A stretch of DNA of 64,000 nt. Origin: Cirrosporium novae-zelandiae (lineage: Eukaryota). Below are positions 1 to 14,635 of the stretch, one piece after another. The translations under genes were made by a program, and so were the position numbers. The first letter of the stretch is position 1. Every line of letters starts with the position of its first letter. Location of the stretch: the NCBI GenBank assembly GCA_026023565.1, contig JAPETS010000028.1, positions 310,001 through 374,000 on the forward strand. The letters are read 5' to 3'. The notes beneath the pieces are model-generated. The model did not search any database, was not told the DNA's origin, and worked only from the letters and a program-made list of their open reading frames with translations.

Positions 1-52
1 AAGAGACCATAAGGCTCCTGTACGACGGCATATCTTTCTATTCTCTGCCTAA

Positions 53-1751
<1,699 letters not shown>

Positions 1752-2657
1752 TAGGTAGATAGACATATTAGAAGGAGAAGAAGACAAATAATCGTTAGAA
1801 GTAGAAGAGGGATTAGGATACATGAATTTCATATTTTTCGCTCTCTCTTACCTCGATTATTCACAGTCAATCAACCACACTAGTTCAGTCATAGCTTTAA
1901 AGCTCCTTTCTTTCTGGTTAATTGATGGCATGCGAATAGATGATACACAACCCACGATCACAATACAAATCCCTCAATGAATAAATAAATGTTGAATAAA
2001 AACATCCTTTTTATATTGTTTTTGACCCCCCCCCCTAATTTCGCCTTGCCCTTGGTTTGGGTCCTACTTAGAGTATTTAAAATGTACAAAAGTGCGAAAC
2101 CAGAATATTGTCAGGCAACCACCCCGCTTAGAATAAATATCCTTCTGCCGTCGCCGCTACCGCCACAAGGAACGGAAACTAGCTGGCTGGCTGGCTGGAT
2201 GGCTGAAGGTACAAATAATCCTCCACTCCATTCCACTCCTTCCCCCTCCTCTCAAATCCTGATGATAAAACATATACCACCAAAAAGCTTCTCCCCTCCT
2301 TTCCTTATAGATAGTAGTAGTCACAAATGTATGCGCCTATTCATTTCCCTTTGTAAAACCCCATGCATGCATCCATTTCCCCTGACCAATCCCAAGAAAT
2401 GCTGATGAGAAAGAAAACAACAACAGAATTCACCCTTTCTAGTTTTTTGTTGGCCAACAGCCCCTTCCACCCCCACCCCTCATGGTAACAAATATATAAG
2501 CGTTTTGTTTCGGTTCTTTCCCGGACGCCGTTTTGAAAGATAACAATATGAGATTAAAAAACTTTAAAAACGCCAGCGCTACACCAAAAAATGAACATTA
2601 GCTAGTAGACTAATAGGAATTAGTATTATATATTGAGGGATAGAGGTGGTTGAATCA

Positions 2658-5600
2658 TTAACGTCTCTGTTGCATCACCTGTGGCACCGCATGTGGCATC
2701 CTCAAAAAGGAATCTGCACGTTGGAAGAAGTCACCATCGAACATTCTCTCACTGAAAGTCGAAACGGTCGAAGCTGGCGTAGAGGGGACTGTCGCTTGAG
2801 CCGCCGGCCCTAATGCTGCATTTAGCAGAGGCGTCGCAGGTGTTGGCGCCGCGTTACTGGGAGAAGAGTTTGAACGATAATTGCCCACATTTTGTTGTAT
2901 GCTATTGGAAGATTGAGTGACAAGAGGAGCCCACGGTGAACGATCCATTAGTTTGCTGGCAAGCTTGACACTGGCATGGACAGGACGAAGGAGTTCAACA
3001 ACTTCTTTAGGAACAAGACCTTTCATCTTTGCTTCTTTCATCTCCATCATAATTTCCGTCCAAGAACGAACGAACAAGTTACAGAGATGCCAGAAATCGG
3101 GTTTGCCACGCGAGCCTGAGGGTTCTTTGAGGCCAACTGTGCCGAGACGAATTCTGAGTGCATCGCCATATTCGATACACTTGTCACAGCTTCTAAAGAT
3201 AGATCTCCATGTTGCTTCAACAATTCCCAAGCCCTCTCTACTAATAGGCATATCCGCAGCTTCTTTGAGTTGATACTGGACTATGGGGAGAATTTTCAAT
3301 AGTGTATCACATGCTTGCTTCAGCTGGAAGAAAATCTCTTCAAAGGCGCGATCCTCTTCATAGTCATTGACTGATGTCGCTTGCCCATTAATTTCTCGCA
3401 AGGACGATACAGAACTGCCGAGTGTTGAAAATTCACTCGAACGAGCCGAACGAGGTGTATTTACGACCGAAGAAGCAGAAGATCCAGGTGGTGGGAGAGT
3501 TGTGCGACTATTTGATCGACTGCGAGAACCAACAAATAATGGCACTGGAGGTTGATAATTACTAGTAGATTGATGAGCCGGGGAGTAATGTTTTCCAGTA
3601 TCGGCACGAAGACGACGTGGTTGCGGAGTTGGGGTTATTGATGGTACATGGGGTCTGGCTGCAAGCGGTGGACCACGGAAAGAACGTTGACGGCTAGGGG
3701 CCCTAACTGTTGCTGGAGGGCTTCTTTGCCCGGATTTCAGATTCGAGCAAGCATTTCGAGTCTCGATCAAAGTCCCATAAATCGAACGAAGGAGGGTTCT
3801 GACATAACGCTGGTCTCCATCCTCAACAATCTTATCGATATTCTGTTTCATCTGGTTGCAGACATGGACATATGCTTTGATACTTTCAAGGCAAGCCTTC
3901 TTGATAGCTGTTCCTGAACTGGGTTGTATATCCCCATCAGCTTCTCCTAATTGACTATATTTGGTTAGCTCTTGATCGAGCCTATTTATGTAACCACTAG
4001 CATTATAAAATACTATTTCCAGGCTATTACGTTTCGAGGTTTCATCATCTGTCATTGCATTGATGCAAGAAACAACATGTGGGTGAATTTCGTAGAGAGC
4101 ATAAAGAACACCCTTTATACCCTCACACATGCTTTGTGAGGGCGAGGGTGAGTCCGTCTTCTGTTCAGGCAAACTCGAAAGTCGCTGTACCCAAGTTCCA
4201 CGGGCGAGTTGCCTATCCACAGGGGTTATCGGGCTTGGAGATCCATTGATAGAAATAGAGAATCCTGCAGATTTTTCACGAAGCGCAGAATTGTGGCTTA
4301 ATCCACGAATATGGCTGTAACGATTGATTCGTGCTTCAGGAACAGTACTTAATTCCGAAGGCTTTCTCATGTTGTTAGCCAAGCGTCTGCTTCTGGCGAC
4401 TTGAGATGCCTGGAGAACACTCTCGCTGTTGCTTCGAATGCGTTCGCTCCCGTTTCCATTTGTCAAGGGTGATATGCTTGGTCGACGCTGCAAACCATTT
4501 ATCGCTACACCTTGCTGTCCCGATGCAAGCCGGTGATGTGACTTTGTGGGAATTGGAGGTCTGACAAGGCCGGCAGGGGACCTACTATCCGCACCCGACA
4601 CCGAGTCATTGATTGGGACAACGGGGAATCGTACACTTAGACCACGCATGAGAGGACGAGGCGTATCGAGAGTGCCTTCGCTATTTAAACGATCAGAAAC
4701 ATACCATTGACAATATGTAACAGGGCTTACCTCGACTCTCCCCCGGATTCACTATTAGAGTACTTTGACATAAGTCTTCGTTTTAAATAGTGTTTGATAT
4801 CAACGGTGACGGCTTGATCCTTGACATTTTCCGGCACGGTGGGATCTACTTCGGCGGACTTCGTTTCAATTAAGGACTTGAGGGTAGGCTTCAATGGGTT
4901 TCCAGTTGTCTTAATGATTCTCAAGTTTTGCATATCCCCAAGACATAATGGTAGTTCTTCGAGATAGTTGTATTGAACGGAGAATACTCGGAGGGAGGTT
5001 AGTTTTCCAACTTCGTCTGGGATCTTGCGGATCTTGTTTTTGCTGATATCGAGGATCTTTAGCAGTTGGAGTTTAAGCACCTGAATCATTGCATTAGAAT
5101 AATAAGCACAGTAGACATATAGTGACAACTTACAGCAGTAGGGAATTCGGTGAATCGATTGGCTCGGATATTCAGATATTGAAGCTGCGTGCACTCAGAC
5201 AAAGAATTCGGCATGCGGGGTATCTGGTTATGGGATAGGGACAACCTGATACTCATTAGTTATAATTCTTCACGTCATAACCGGCAGCTTGTCAATCAAT
5301 TCAAGACCGGCCAGCCGGCCTAGATGAAATATTACCTTTCAACCTCATCCCTAATCAAGTCCACAACTTCCTCGGGAATTACTCCAATCCGCTGGTGTCC
5401 CAAATCGACGGTGAGTTTGGGTTGTACCACTTCGCTCAGGCCTTCGGTTACTCCTAGGGAGCGTTGGGTATCCTTTCTCGCATTTTCGACCCCTTGTCTG
5501 AATAGCTCGATTGTTTCTTCGCCGGGTCTAGCAATAGCCTTGGAGAGTGTTTCTGTGGAGGAATTCTGATCTCCATATTGACTCTCGTAATCAGGTGGAT

Positions 5601-5721
5601 ATATACCTGAGTATGAAGATCCAGCAGGCGAGTGTGATCCTTCTTTGGTGTCCCTTGACCCATTGCGAGAGTGGTCAGAGCGAGTAGGGGGGCGCATCAT
5701 TGTTCGAGGTTGATCGGCCAT
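2658..5721 (-). CDS. SOG2: RAM signalling network leucine-rich-repeat protein Sog2 (exons about 5721-5336, 5245-5134, 5080-4731, 4680-2658)
   Basis: N-terminal LRRs (LSLSHNQI, LNIRANRF, LDISKNKI, FSVQYNYL) are joined by canonical introns. The C-terminal region has RLSSLPE, GDQRYVRTL, FWHLCNLF and AALGPAAQATVP, typical of Sog2. Confidence 0.9.
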
Positions 5722-6531
5722 GATGAGTTGTCGAGGTTGAATCGTGGGAGGGTTGTTGTATTCGCGTGAAATCCACGGGACAGGTGGGTGCCAGCCGTAA
5801 GTGGCATCTCAATTCAATAGACAATAAATGGTCACCAGGGTATAGACAAAATATGACGTTTTGTCAAATTTGAAGAGTACAAGGGACGTCAACAATCCAG
5901 TGTTGTTGCCCTGAACAATACCCTCAACAACAACATCGTCCTCCACAATCGTCGACGAAAGAGTCGAGAACTATTTCGTGCTAACAGTTGACCCTGGATC
6001 TGAAAGGAAGAGGAAGGCTGACGTTGACTTTTGAATGTTCTACCATGAGACTAAACTACTGCAAGGAACACCCGTTGATCCCTTGGGGTCTCACCGGTCG
6101 CACCTTAGCGCCTTGAAGTCATGGGGAGGGGGCAGGGACGGCTAGTCGGAATCTCCATTGTGTGGCTTAATATACCAAGAGAGTCCAAGAGCCCAAAGAG
6201 AGCCCCGACACGTCTTTTCATATCTTTTTATAACCGCCGGCTGTATCAAATGAACAATCTTTTTACTCTTAGGCCTTGTTCCATGGTTTTCAATAACAGC
6301 CTTCGCCGACGTCAGGTTGGTAAAATGGAACGAATGAGGAATAACATCCTTGCTCTCACCAAAGTTAATTTGAAATTTTGTGTCAAAGTATCGACTATGT
6401 TGTACCTTTGTATATGATAACGGGTTATTTAGTGGCAGATCAGGCCGAAAACTTATGTTCCTTGTGTATCTAAATGAATTACGCTTTCCAAAATACCATC
6501 AACTTGATTCAATTACTTGCTATTCATTATT

Positions 6532-8043
6532 TTATTTTGCATCGACCCCAAGCATCTTGTTGAGCCAATTAGATATTGCTAACCAACCCTCCCCTAAACG
6601 TCCATGGCCATCTTCCCTAAATAGTTCTACCCAGTCACTAATGTCCCGTATTTTCTTGTTTTCTAGAATCTTTCCATATCTCTCAGCTTCTCGCTGGGCG
6701 GCTTCGTCATCTTTGGAGACTGAGATGCGACTTGATATGATAGCCCCGCCTTTCGCCGTGATATCAACAACAGCCTGAAGGTATTAGCAATGAAACATCC
6801 TCTAAGATTTTCAGACGTTATTCCCAAGAGAGGCTTACCGAAGGAAGGAGTTGAGGGTTCTCTGTCTGATTTATTTCTGTGGATAGTTGGTTAGATAGTC
6901 TAAATTGTGGAGTCTGGTCGTAAATCCATTCCACAGACTGAGCTACGTTAGTATCACCTTAAACAACCGAGAACAAAATGCTCAGCTTACAGTCAACTCT
7001 GTAAAGCCATTATGTATCTTAGGTAATTCCTTGTGAGGCTCGCCGATGAAGGCAACAGCGCAACTGAATCCTGTTAAAACAGTCTCTTGAGAGGTAGGAC
7101 TCCAGAATAATTCCAGCGTTTCCCTATTAATGCCACAGTCATGCATCTTTGTAAACTCAGTGATGATTTGATGAGCCGCATCTTCGACCAGACTAGAAAC
7201 CTTGTTACTACCAAGTGCCATTGCCACGTTTCCTACTGGACTCTTTACGCTTTCTACTCCTCGAGCTTCAATATAACCTCTCGCCGGAGAATGGAGTAGG
7301 TCATGTAGGATATCAAGATTGGGGGATGCTAACAGACATGTACCATGATGGAGGGAACGGTGAGAGGGGCGCTGTATGATCTTATAGGCAGATCCCGATA
7401 TCTTCAGAGGCAGCCTCTTTTCCTCATCCTGTTTACCCGAGCCTGGGTTATTGTTATCCTCCTCGCTGATAGACGTACGGTCGAGAACAATATCATGACG
7501 CCCATTAACATGAACTCGAGCTGCTCCAAGCTCCCGCAGAGCCTTCGCAACCATCTCAGCATATTTATTCCGATCAAATTCCGCACTTGGACATATTGCG
7601 CTGTAGTTCAAGTTGCCCTCGTCATGAAACACCGCACCACCCCCGGATCGCCGCCGGACAAGGTTAATTTTCCCAAGGCGAGATAATTCATGCTCGATAT
7701 ATTTTCCGTGTGGATGCCGAAGAAATCGGAGGTTGGTTTCAAGCCATGGGTTCTGGTTGCGCCCGATGACAACTGTAGGCGCATTCTTGTAGAGAAAGAG
7801 AATTCGGGATTCGGCGGAGGTATTTTCCAGCAAGTAATGCTCAATGGACAGATTTAAATACGGATCATTGGATCGTGAGATGTAGACCTGATGTTTCGTA
7901 TCTGACTTTTCGACGATTTCCTCAAACCTCTTCGGTGACAGTAACGAGATAGTCCGGTGTGAGGATTTAAGGCCCCCTTGCCTCAGGCCCAACGCATAGC
8001 CGCGCTTGCAACCAATTGACGTCCAATTGGCCCATTTTATCAT
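6532..8043 (-). CDS. Mitochondrial lipoate-protein ligase A / lipoyltransferase, Aim22/Lip3-like (exons 8043-6991, 6937-6839, 6774-6532)
   Basis: Motifs DPYLNLSIEHYL, VVIGRNQNPWLE, RRRSGGGAVFHDEGN, KISGSAYK and HHGTCLL. Spliced exon 2 gives SVEWIYDQTPQF. Confidence 0.93.
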
Positions 8044-8423
8044 TCCCGCTCACTCAGAAAGAGAATTCGGGATTCGGTGAGCGAATGGACGTTGCACGAT
8101 ATAAGGTGAGATTGGTAAAGAAGAATAAGCAACGAAGTGAAAAGAAAACCACCACCAGCAAGTAAGTCACCTGATAGGTCGGGGAAGCCGTTGTGTAAAG
8201 GCCGAGATCGCAGTGGACGTACCGGCGATTTTATTTTAAAAGTCAAAGAATCTAAAGAATTCCCAAGGATACCATTTTCCAGTTCCATATTATTCCCCCA
8301 GCATTTGCACCCATCCTAGACGTGAAGATACAAGGGTTCGTGATAATTCTGGAGCTAGGCTTATCCATTTGGACCGCAGAAACCCCGTTGAAGGTGGAAC
8401 CCTTTTGTTGCATTGCAGTTCTT

Positions 8424-8430
8424 TGACTCA
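8424..8430. promoter_or_regulatory. Gcn4/CpcA (cross-pathway control) element TGACTCA upstream of ARO2
   Basis: Perfect TGACTCA about 140 nt upstream of the ARO2 ATG. Confidence 0.7.
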
Positions 8431-8569
8431 TCGATAAGTGTGGTTGGAAAAAATATAAAAAAGTCCTTCTCAGCGATTTGTCTCAGCGGTTGAACTCAAT
8501 CCTCTTTTAAAATTATTAGTTTTTTTTATATTCAAATAGTCAAGTTCTTGTTTTATTATATTTAGCAAA

Positions 8570-10003
8570 ATGTCAACTTTCGGAGAATACTTCAGGGTCA
8601 CTACGTAAGTGTCTTTTTTTTTGGAATAATTATATGACCCAGGGATTGATTCTTTTACAGCTATGGCGAGTCTCATTGCAAGTCTGTGGGATGCATTGTC
8701 GATGGCTGCCCTCCGGGTATGCCGTTGACTGAAGCAGATATCCAACCCCAAATGACTAGGAGACGACCAGGTCAAAGTGCCTTGACTACACCAAGGAATG
8801 AAAAGGACAAGGTGCATATCCAGTCAGGAACCGAATTCGGTGTTACCCTAGGTACACCAATTGGCATGCTTGTTCTCAATGAGAACCAGCGTCCCCAGGA
8901 TTACGGCAATAAGACCATGGACATCTATCCCCGCCCGAGTCACGCTGATTTTACCTACATGGAGAAATACGGAGTCAAGGCAAGTAGCGGAGGGGGAAGG
9001 AGCAGTGCTAGGGAAACAATAGGTAAGACTTTATCACTTATGTTGAATCCAATGCATTTTATTCCCCTATCAAATACCCAGATCCCTCCGCGTTTCGCGC
9101 ATAAAGTCATTGAGAGGAAACCCCATATAACTCTTTTCCCTAGGTCGCGTAGCCGCCGGCGCAATAGCGGAGAAATACCTCTCCTTAGCGCACAACGTCT
9201 CCATCACTGCCTTCGTCTCCTCCGTTGGCACCGAGCACCTCTTCCCCCCTACATCAGAACACCCCTTCCCCGCGCACAACCCCGGCTTTCTCTCCCTCAT
9301 CGAAACCATCGACCGCGACACCGTAGACAAATTCCTTCCCGTCCGGTGTCCCGATGAAGCCACCTCTCAACGCATGGCCGAAATCATTGCTGGATACCGC
9401 GATAAGCAGGACAGTATTGGCGGAACCGTAACCTGTGTCATCAGAAACTGTCCTATCGGGCTCGGAGAACCCTGTTTCGATAAACTAGAAGCTCTGCTCG
9501 CGCATGCTATGCTCAGCATCCCAGCAACCAAGGGCTTCGAATTCGGCTCAGGGTTTGGAGGCTGTGAGATTCCAGGATCCATCCACAACGACCCTTTCAT
9601 CGTTGCCCCTTCAACAGAACCAGGTGCAAAACCCCATCTCACAACCAAGACTAACAACTCTGGGGGTGTTCAAGGCGGTATCACCAATGGTGCTCCTATC
9701 TACTTCCGTGTCGCTTTCAAGCCTCCTGCTACTATTGGCCAGGCCCAGGAAACCGCTACATATGGCTTCCAGGAGGGCACTCTTGAGGCCAAGGGACGCC
9801 ATGATCCGTGCGTTGTCCCGAGGGCGGTGCCAATTGTGGAAGCCATGGCAGCGTTGGTTGTAATGGATTCACTTTTAGCGCAGAATGCACGTGTCGCGGC
9901 TAGAGCAGCGCTGCCACCTTTACCGCAGACAATACCATCGAAGGTTCCTCTGCGAACCGAGCCCGAGAGGCAAAAGGATGAGAAATTGCAGAATGGAGCT
10001 TAG
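8570..10003 (+). CDS. ARO2: Chorismate synthase (exons 8570-8604, 8661-9022, 9144-10003)
   Basis: [55 protein letters not shown] and [11 protein letters not shown]. Confidence 0.98.
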
Positions 10004-10216
10004 TTTATGGGAAAAAGGAAACATTATGACGACGAAAAAGTAGTTACGAAATTTAGGCGTTTTGTTTTAGATAGAGATTACATACGTCTCAAGAGTGCTC
10101 GCAATTGAAAAAAAAAGGGCATATGATTATTATGAACACAGGTCTATCATGTACTAAAGTCTATGGTGACATGAAAAGCAATTTGTATACTTACATTCGC
10201 GAGCAACTATTGGATA

Positions 10217-12116
10217 TCATTGAAACCCAAGGAGCCTCTTACCCCAAAGGAAATATTCATACAAGGAAAGTTTTAACTCTACCCTCATGAAAGATGCCCA
10301 GGCGCCTACAAAACTGAAAAATAGTCGAGGGTAGATGATGCCTCCATGCTCATGGATATATTCCATTTGTTCTCCAAATACTGTGCGGGAGCAATATCTT
10401 GCTAGGATTAAGAACGTTCGTAGGGGGCCTTGCCGCGTATGTAGGTTTTCATCGAGACTCCGGGCTGAAAAATTATACAGTCAGCAATGTCATAAAAACG
10501 CCTAATAATCTGGGTACGTACTCAGGTCATTTGTCTTAAGGATCAACAAGACCACTCTTGGCACATTGCCCAGTAGTTGAACGAGCTGCTGGAGGAGACC
10601 CTCAATTAAGGCATCGGAGATATGCTCCTTCTCCTGCTCATTGCGGGGCGATAAAGGCGACCTTTTCAAGGCCAAGTAATCACGGCCTGTGATAGCACTT
10701 GCGAACAGAGGGAATTGTTCATCCGTGATTCCGGCCACGTTCCGAGCGCTCTCTCGCATTTTCTTTTCGTCCGAGTCGAGTACGGCAAGCCACAGCTTCG
10801 CGTAATCTCGTCGAAGCTGCTTTGGGATATCTCGGTATAGTCCGTGGTCATATAAAATAATATCAAAGTTGTGAGATCTGCGGGAATCATTTTTCCGAAC
10901 TGCGATGTTGCCAGCATGAGGATCACAATGCAGAGGAGCACCGTCGCCGAAAATCATCTCATTGAATATGCGCGCTAAACTTGCAGAAACCTCGTCTCTG
11001 TCAATTCCATGGCTGTCGAGGTACTCCAAGTCATCCAGTCGATTCCCGGACACATACTCCATGACAAGAATTCTCCTCTGCGCCCATTTGACTGTTCTTG
11101 GGTTAGCTTATAAACTGGGTAATAATTAGAGAGCATGCTTCACCATCTGGAATTACCAAAGGCAAATTGGGGTGGTCCTTAAAGTACTTCTTTGCCCTTA
11201 ATGCATTCTGACCCTCCCTTGCGAAGTCCAGTTCTTGGGGCAAGGATGTTTCTAATTCATCTGCCAGCCATTCTAAATCATAATCTGGAAAGAATCTTTT
11301 AAGAGTGGAGAATGTAAATGTGGTCAAAGCCAAATCAAGTGGGACCCATTTGTCCAAAGCAGGATGCTGGATCTTTACTGCAACTTTCTCGCCGCTCTCC
11401 TTAAGAGTAGCAATATGGACCTGAGCAAGCGACGCAGCTCCTATAGGGACTTTTCCAAAATCATCGAAATATTCCTCAATTGGCTTGCCCATATCTGTCA
11501 CGAACATTTCTTCAATCGATTCGTAGGAAGAGACCGGACATTTATCCTGTAAAGGTATGAACGTATTTGTCCATTCTGGTGGAAGTAGGTAATTCATGCT
11601 ACTCAGATGCTGTCCGAATTTTATGAACATTGAACCATTTGTTTCCAAAACACGCAGTGTCCTTTCCGCACAACGTTTGTGGCATGCTTTGAGAAGTTCT
11701 TTACCGTTTTTTTCATCTTCCTTCTCTTTCTTATTAAGTGTAACCCGGTAGCTAGAGTTGTATACCGTTCGTTAGTAAAACTCATAAAACGGAGATGAAA
11801 ATAAATTCCATATATGGTCTCACTCATTAATGCACATGGCCAGAGCAGCCAAGACCCGACCAGTTCTCTCAGCACCTTCATATCCACTTTTTATGTCATC
11901 CCCGAATGCCAGAACGCCTGCTCCCAGTCCCAATGTACCCGTCGAGGCAGCGAGTGCAATTTGCCTGCTTTGGCGCGTAGTTCTCGAAGTTCGATATCCT
12001 GGGCCTGTATGGGTTAAACGTCGTGAAGCTGTCTTCACAAGTTGCTGAAATCTGCATTGTCGGCAGGTCCATCCAGTTGGCTGCGCAAACAGCGCAGACG
12101 ATCCAAGTACTCTCAT
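10217..12116 (-). CDS. ABC1/UbiB (ADCK1/Mcp2-like) atypical kinase, mitochondrial (exons 12116-11824, 11751-11144, 11091-10522, 10464-10217)
   Basis: FIKFGQH, PIGAASLAQVH, VAVKIQHP, ELDFAREG, LHCDPHAGN and YDHGLY. Arg-rich N-terminal presequence. Confidence 0.93.
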
Positions 12117-12667
12117 AGAAAAATCGAGCCTAAACATGTAAAAACGTTCAAGGTGCCATGGATCAACTTCCAAATCCCAACATCAAAAAGTTGAGGCGAT
12201 CGGGACGGAGATTCTCGGGATTACCTCCGTATCGTCTCCCGAGATATCAGTTTAATTAATGCCTAAGGCAGCAATCCAATATAAGATCTATGTTGAGGAG
12301 CATGTAAAATAACATGAAAAGTAATATAGTAATTAATTAATCTTTTATAGCTAAGTCGTGCCCATCTCGCAAATATGCCTACTTAAGTCCTTTGTATTCT
12401 TATCAACTTTTCCATAGAGGATATTCTATAATCACAGAATAGTAATGGATTGTCTCTTTAAGCCTTCGCTTTCTTCCCATGTGCTACCATAACATAATGA
12501 CCGCTGCTCATCAACGCCTGATTCAAACAAAGTAACACGTAATTCGCCCAAAACGCCATGCTAGATAAGCTAACGGGGAGAAGAAATGACCGGCAAAGAC
12601 GGGAGGGAGGACACCAATCAAAGAACTCTGTATTTTCTCGAGTGTTATCTAAACCAATGCCCAAAGA

Positions 12668-13932
12668 TCACTGTAAAGAAAGCTTTCTTTCGCCCTCCAT
12701 CCGTAGACGATATATTGAACTCTGCATGAATTCATATGTCAACATCGTCGTCATAGCAGCCGGTACTGCCCGGATGAGATTTGTACCCATTCCATTGTAG
12801 AACGAACGCCAACCTTCTTCTTTAAGGATCATCTTACATGTCCTAATGATCCCTCGGTATCGTGGCTGATTCATCATCCCATCTGATGAAGACGCACCAG
12901 GAAGTCGGCCGCGGTCTTGTGGGCTTTCAAGACCGCCTCGATGGGAAATTCCATCTGGAGAGTGTGCTGGCGATGACATTCGTTGTTGAGTTTGTAATCT
13001 GGTTCTTAATACTTCATGTGGATAGGTCGCCATACTTGCGGCGACTTTACTTAAGAACGTTGCACATGAAACCCCAATAAAGTGAGTTTTCTCGTCATCT
13101 TTAGTATGCTCTCCCATCCCAAGACCAGTAAATTCTTTCTTTAAGGATTCATAAAGTGGGAACTGTATTGCAACATGAGTAAGGCCAAGAAGTGCAGGAG
13201 TAAGTCCGGAATAAAAGGCGCGAAGTCCTTCTGTTCTATACATCTTTCGCGCAGCATCAATTGTGGAGGTATATTGCCAAGGCGAGGAGATTCCATCACT
13301 AAGGGTTTGTGGCCTGGATTGTGACATGAGCCGAGTCTTGATCACCCATATCGGGTTCGTAACTAAAGTGGAGCAGGCGCCTGCAGTAATTGAAGCGTAT
13401 AGGCGAGCAGTTAACCAGCTATCTATCTATGATATCAGTCTGGGCAGAACATTGATTCTGAGAACCAGATCAGCCTACCTGTGACCTCGTAGTAGGAATT
13501 TTTAGATCTATCATAGACGGTCAAATAAACTGCCCAAGTTGGTAGATAACCTAGCAACATTGGTCCCAGTCCCCGGTACATTCCTCTGAACCCATCTTGC
13601 CTCCAGATTGCTCCTGCAGTTCCCACCATACCCTTATAACTTGGTGTTGATCTTCCATAACGTTTGCGCATATTAGCACGTCCATGGGCTTGCAGTCGGG
13701 TTTTGATAACATCCAGTGGGCATGTGACTATACCCGAGGCCACTCCAGCAATACCCCCGCAGATGGGGGTAATATATTGACGGGGTAATTTTGTTGATAG
13801 GATCTCGAGATACGTGACAGACAGTAGATTAGACGACGTCCTATTATTTTCTCCGGACGCTGGGTGGGAACCATCTTTTGAATGCGCATACTGTTCAACC
13901 GGAGGGGCGGGTGGCTTTCGGTTGAGCGACAT
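12668..13932 (-). CDS. Mitochondrial carrier, NAD+ transporter Ndt1/Yia6-like (exons 13932-13479, 13422-12668)
   Basis: Three carrier signatures PLDVIKTRLQ, PIWVIKTRLM and PHEVLRTRLQ. GYLPTWAVY and HVAIQFPLYE are typical of the NAD+/FAD subfamily. Confidence 0.9.
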
Positions 13933-14635
13933 GATGTAACAAGTCTAGGTATCAGAGACTCCTTATTAGGAAATTCATGAAGAGAAATCGAATAACAAAA
14001 CACCTTGACTGAATCTCTTTCTTAGAACTATATCGATTAGGAGCCTTTATTGGCAGCTTGCAGCGTGCGGGGCTTTCTGCAGCCCACACACTGGCAACGA
14101 TGAGACACCTAGCGATTGATGAAATCCATGGACAGGAAAGCTCAGGTCTTCCGACCTAATAAAAATAATGAGAGGAGAGTAATATTGTTTTTGTTTGCCA
14201 GGAGCCTTAGGTCCCACCCAAGATAATGCGAAAAGAACAATGCGACTTGAAAGAAGGGAAGGGAAAAGTTCAAAGACGAACTCCGGGGGGGGGGGGAGCG
14301 CGGAGTTGATCTGGAACTAGTCTAGTTAATAAGGTGCGCGGAGTAGGGGACCCGTGAGCCTGACCTTACGGGGGCCAATACGCCATAAAGCATGAGCTGA
14401 GCCATCCATAATTTAGGCGTAATAGGTAAGCCTATAGTTATACTTCCCTTCGCTTACATAACTCATTTTTAAGAGCGCGGCTATCCGTTGGACTCCATCT
14501 CAACTAACTTAACCTTGCTATCACCTACTTTTTTTTGTACTGCTATCACCAGTTTAGCAATTTGAAGGGGTCGGCCATTGAAGGAGTGTCGCTATTCCTG
14601 TGCGATATCATATTCTTTGCGCTGTTCTTTTCACA

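Noticed and set aside
6938..6955. Tandem acceptors in lipoate-ligase intron 1 (ctaacgTAG-ctCAG)
   Set aside because: The first AG is only about 4 nt from the branch point and is unlikely to be used. The second gives the conserved frame.
9023..9143. Possible poison micro-exon or nested intron in the 121-nt ARO2 intron 2
   Set aside because: There is an internal cag, but the following donor (gtcatt) and the branch points are poor.
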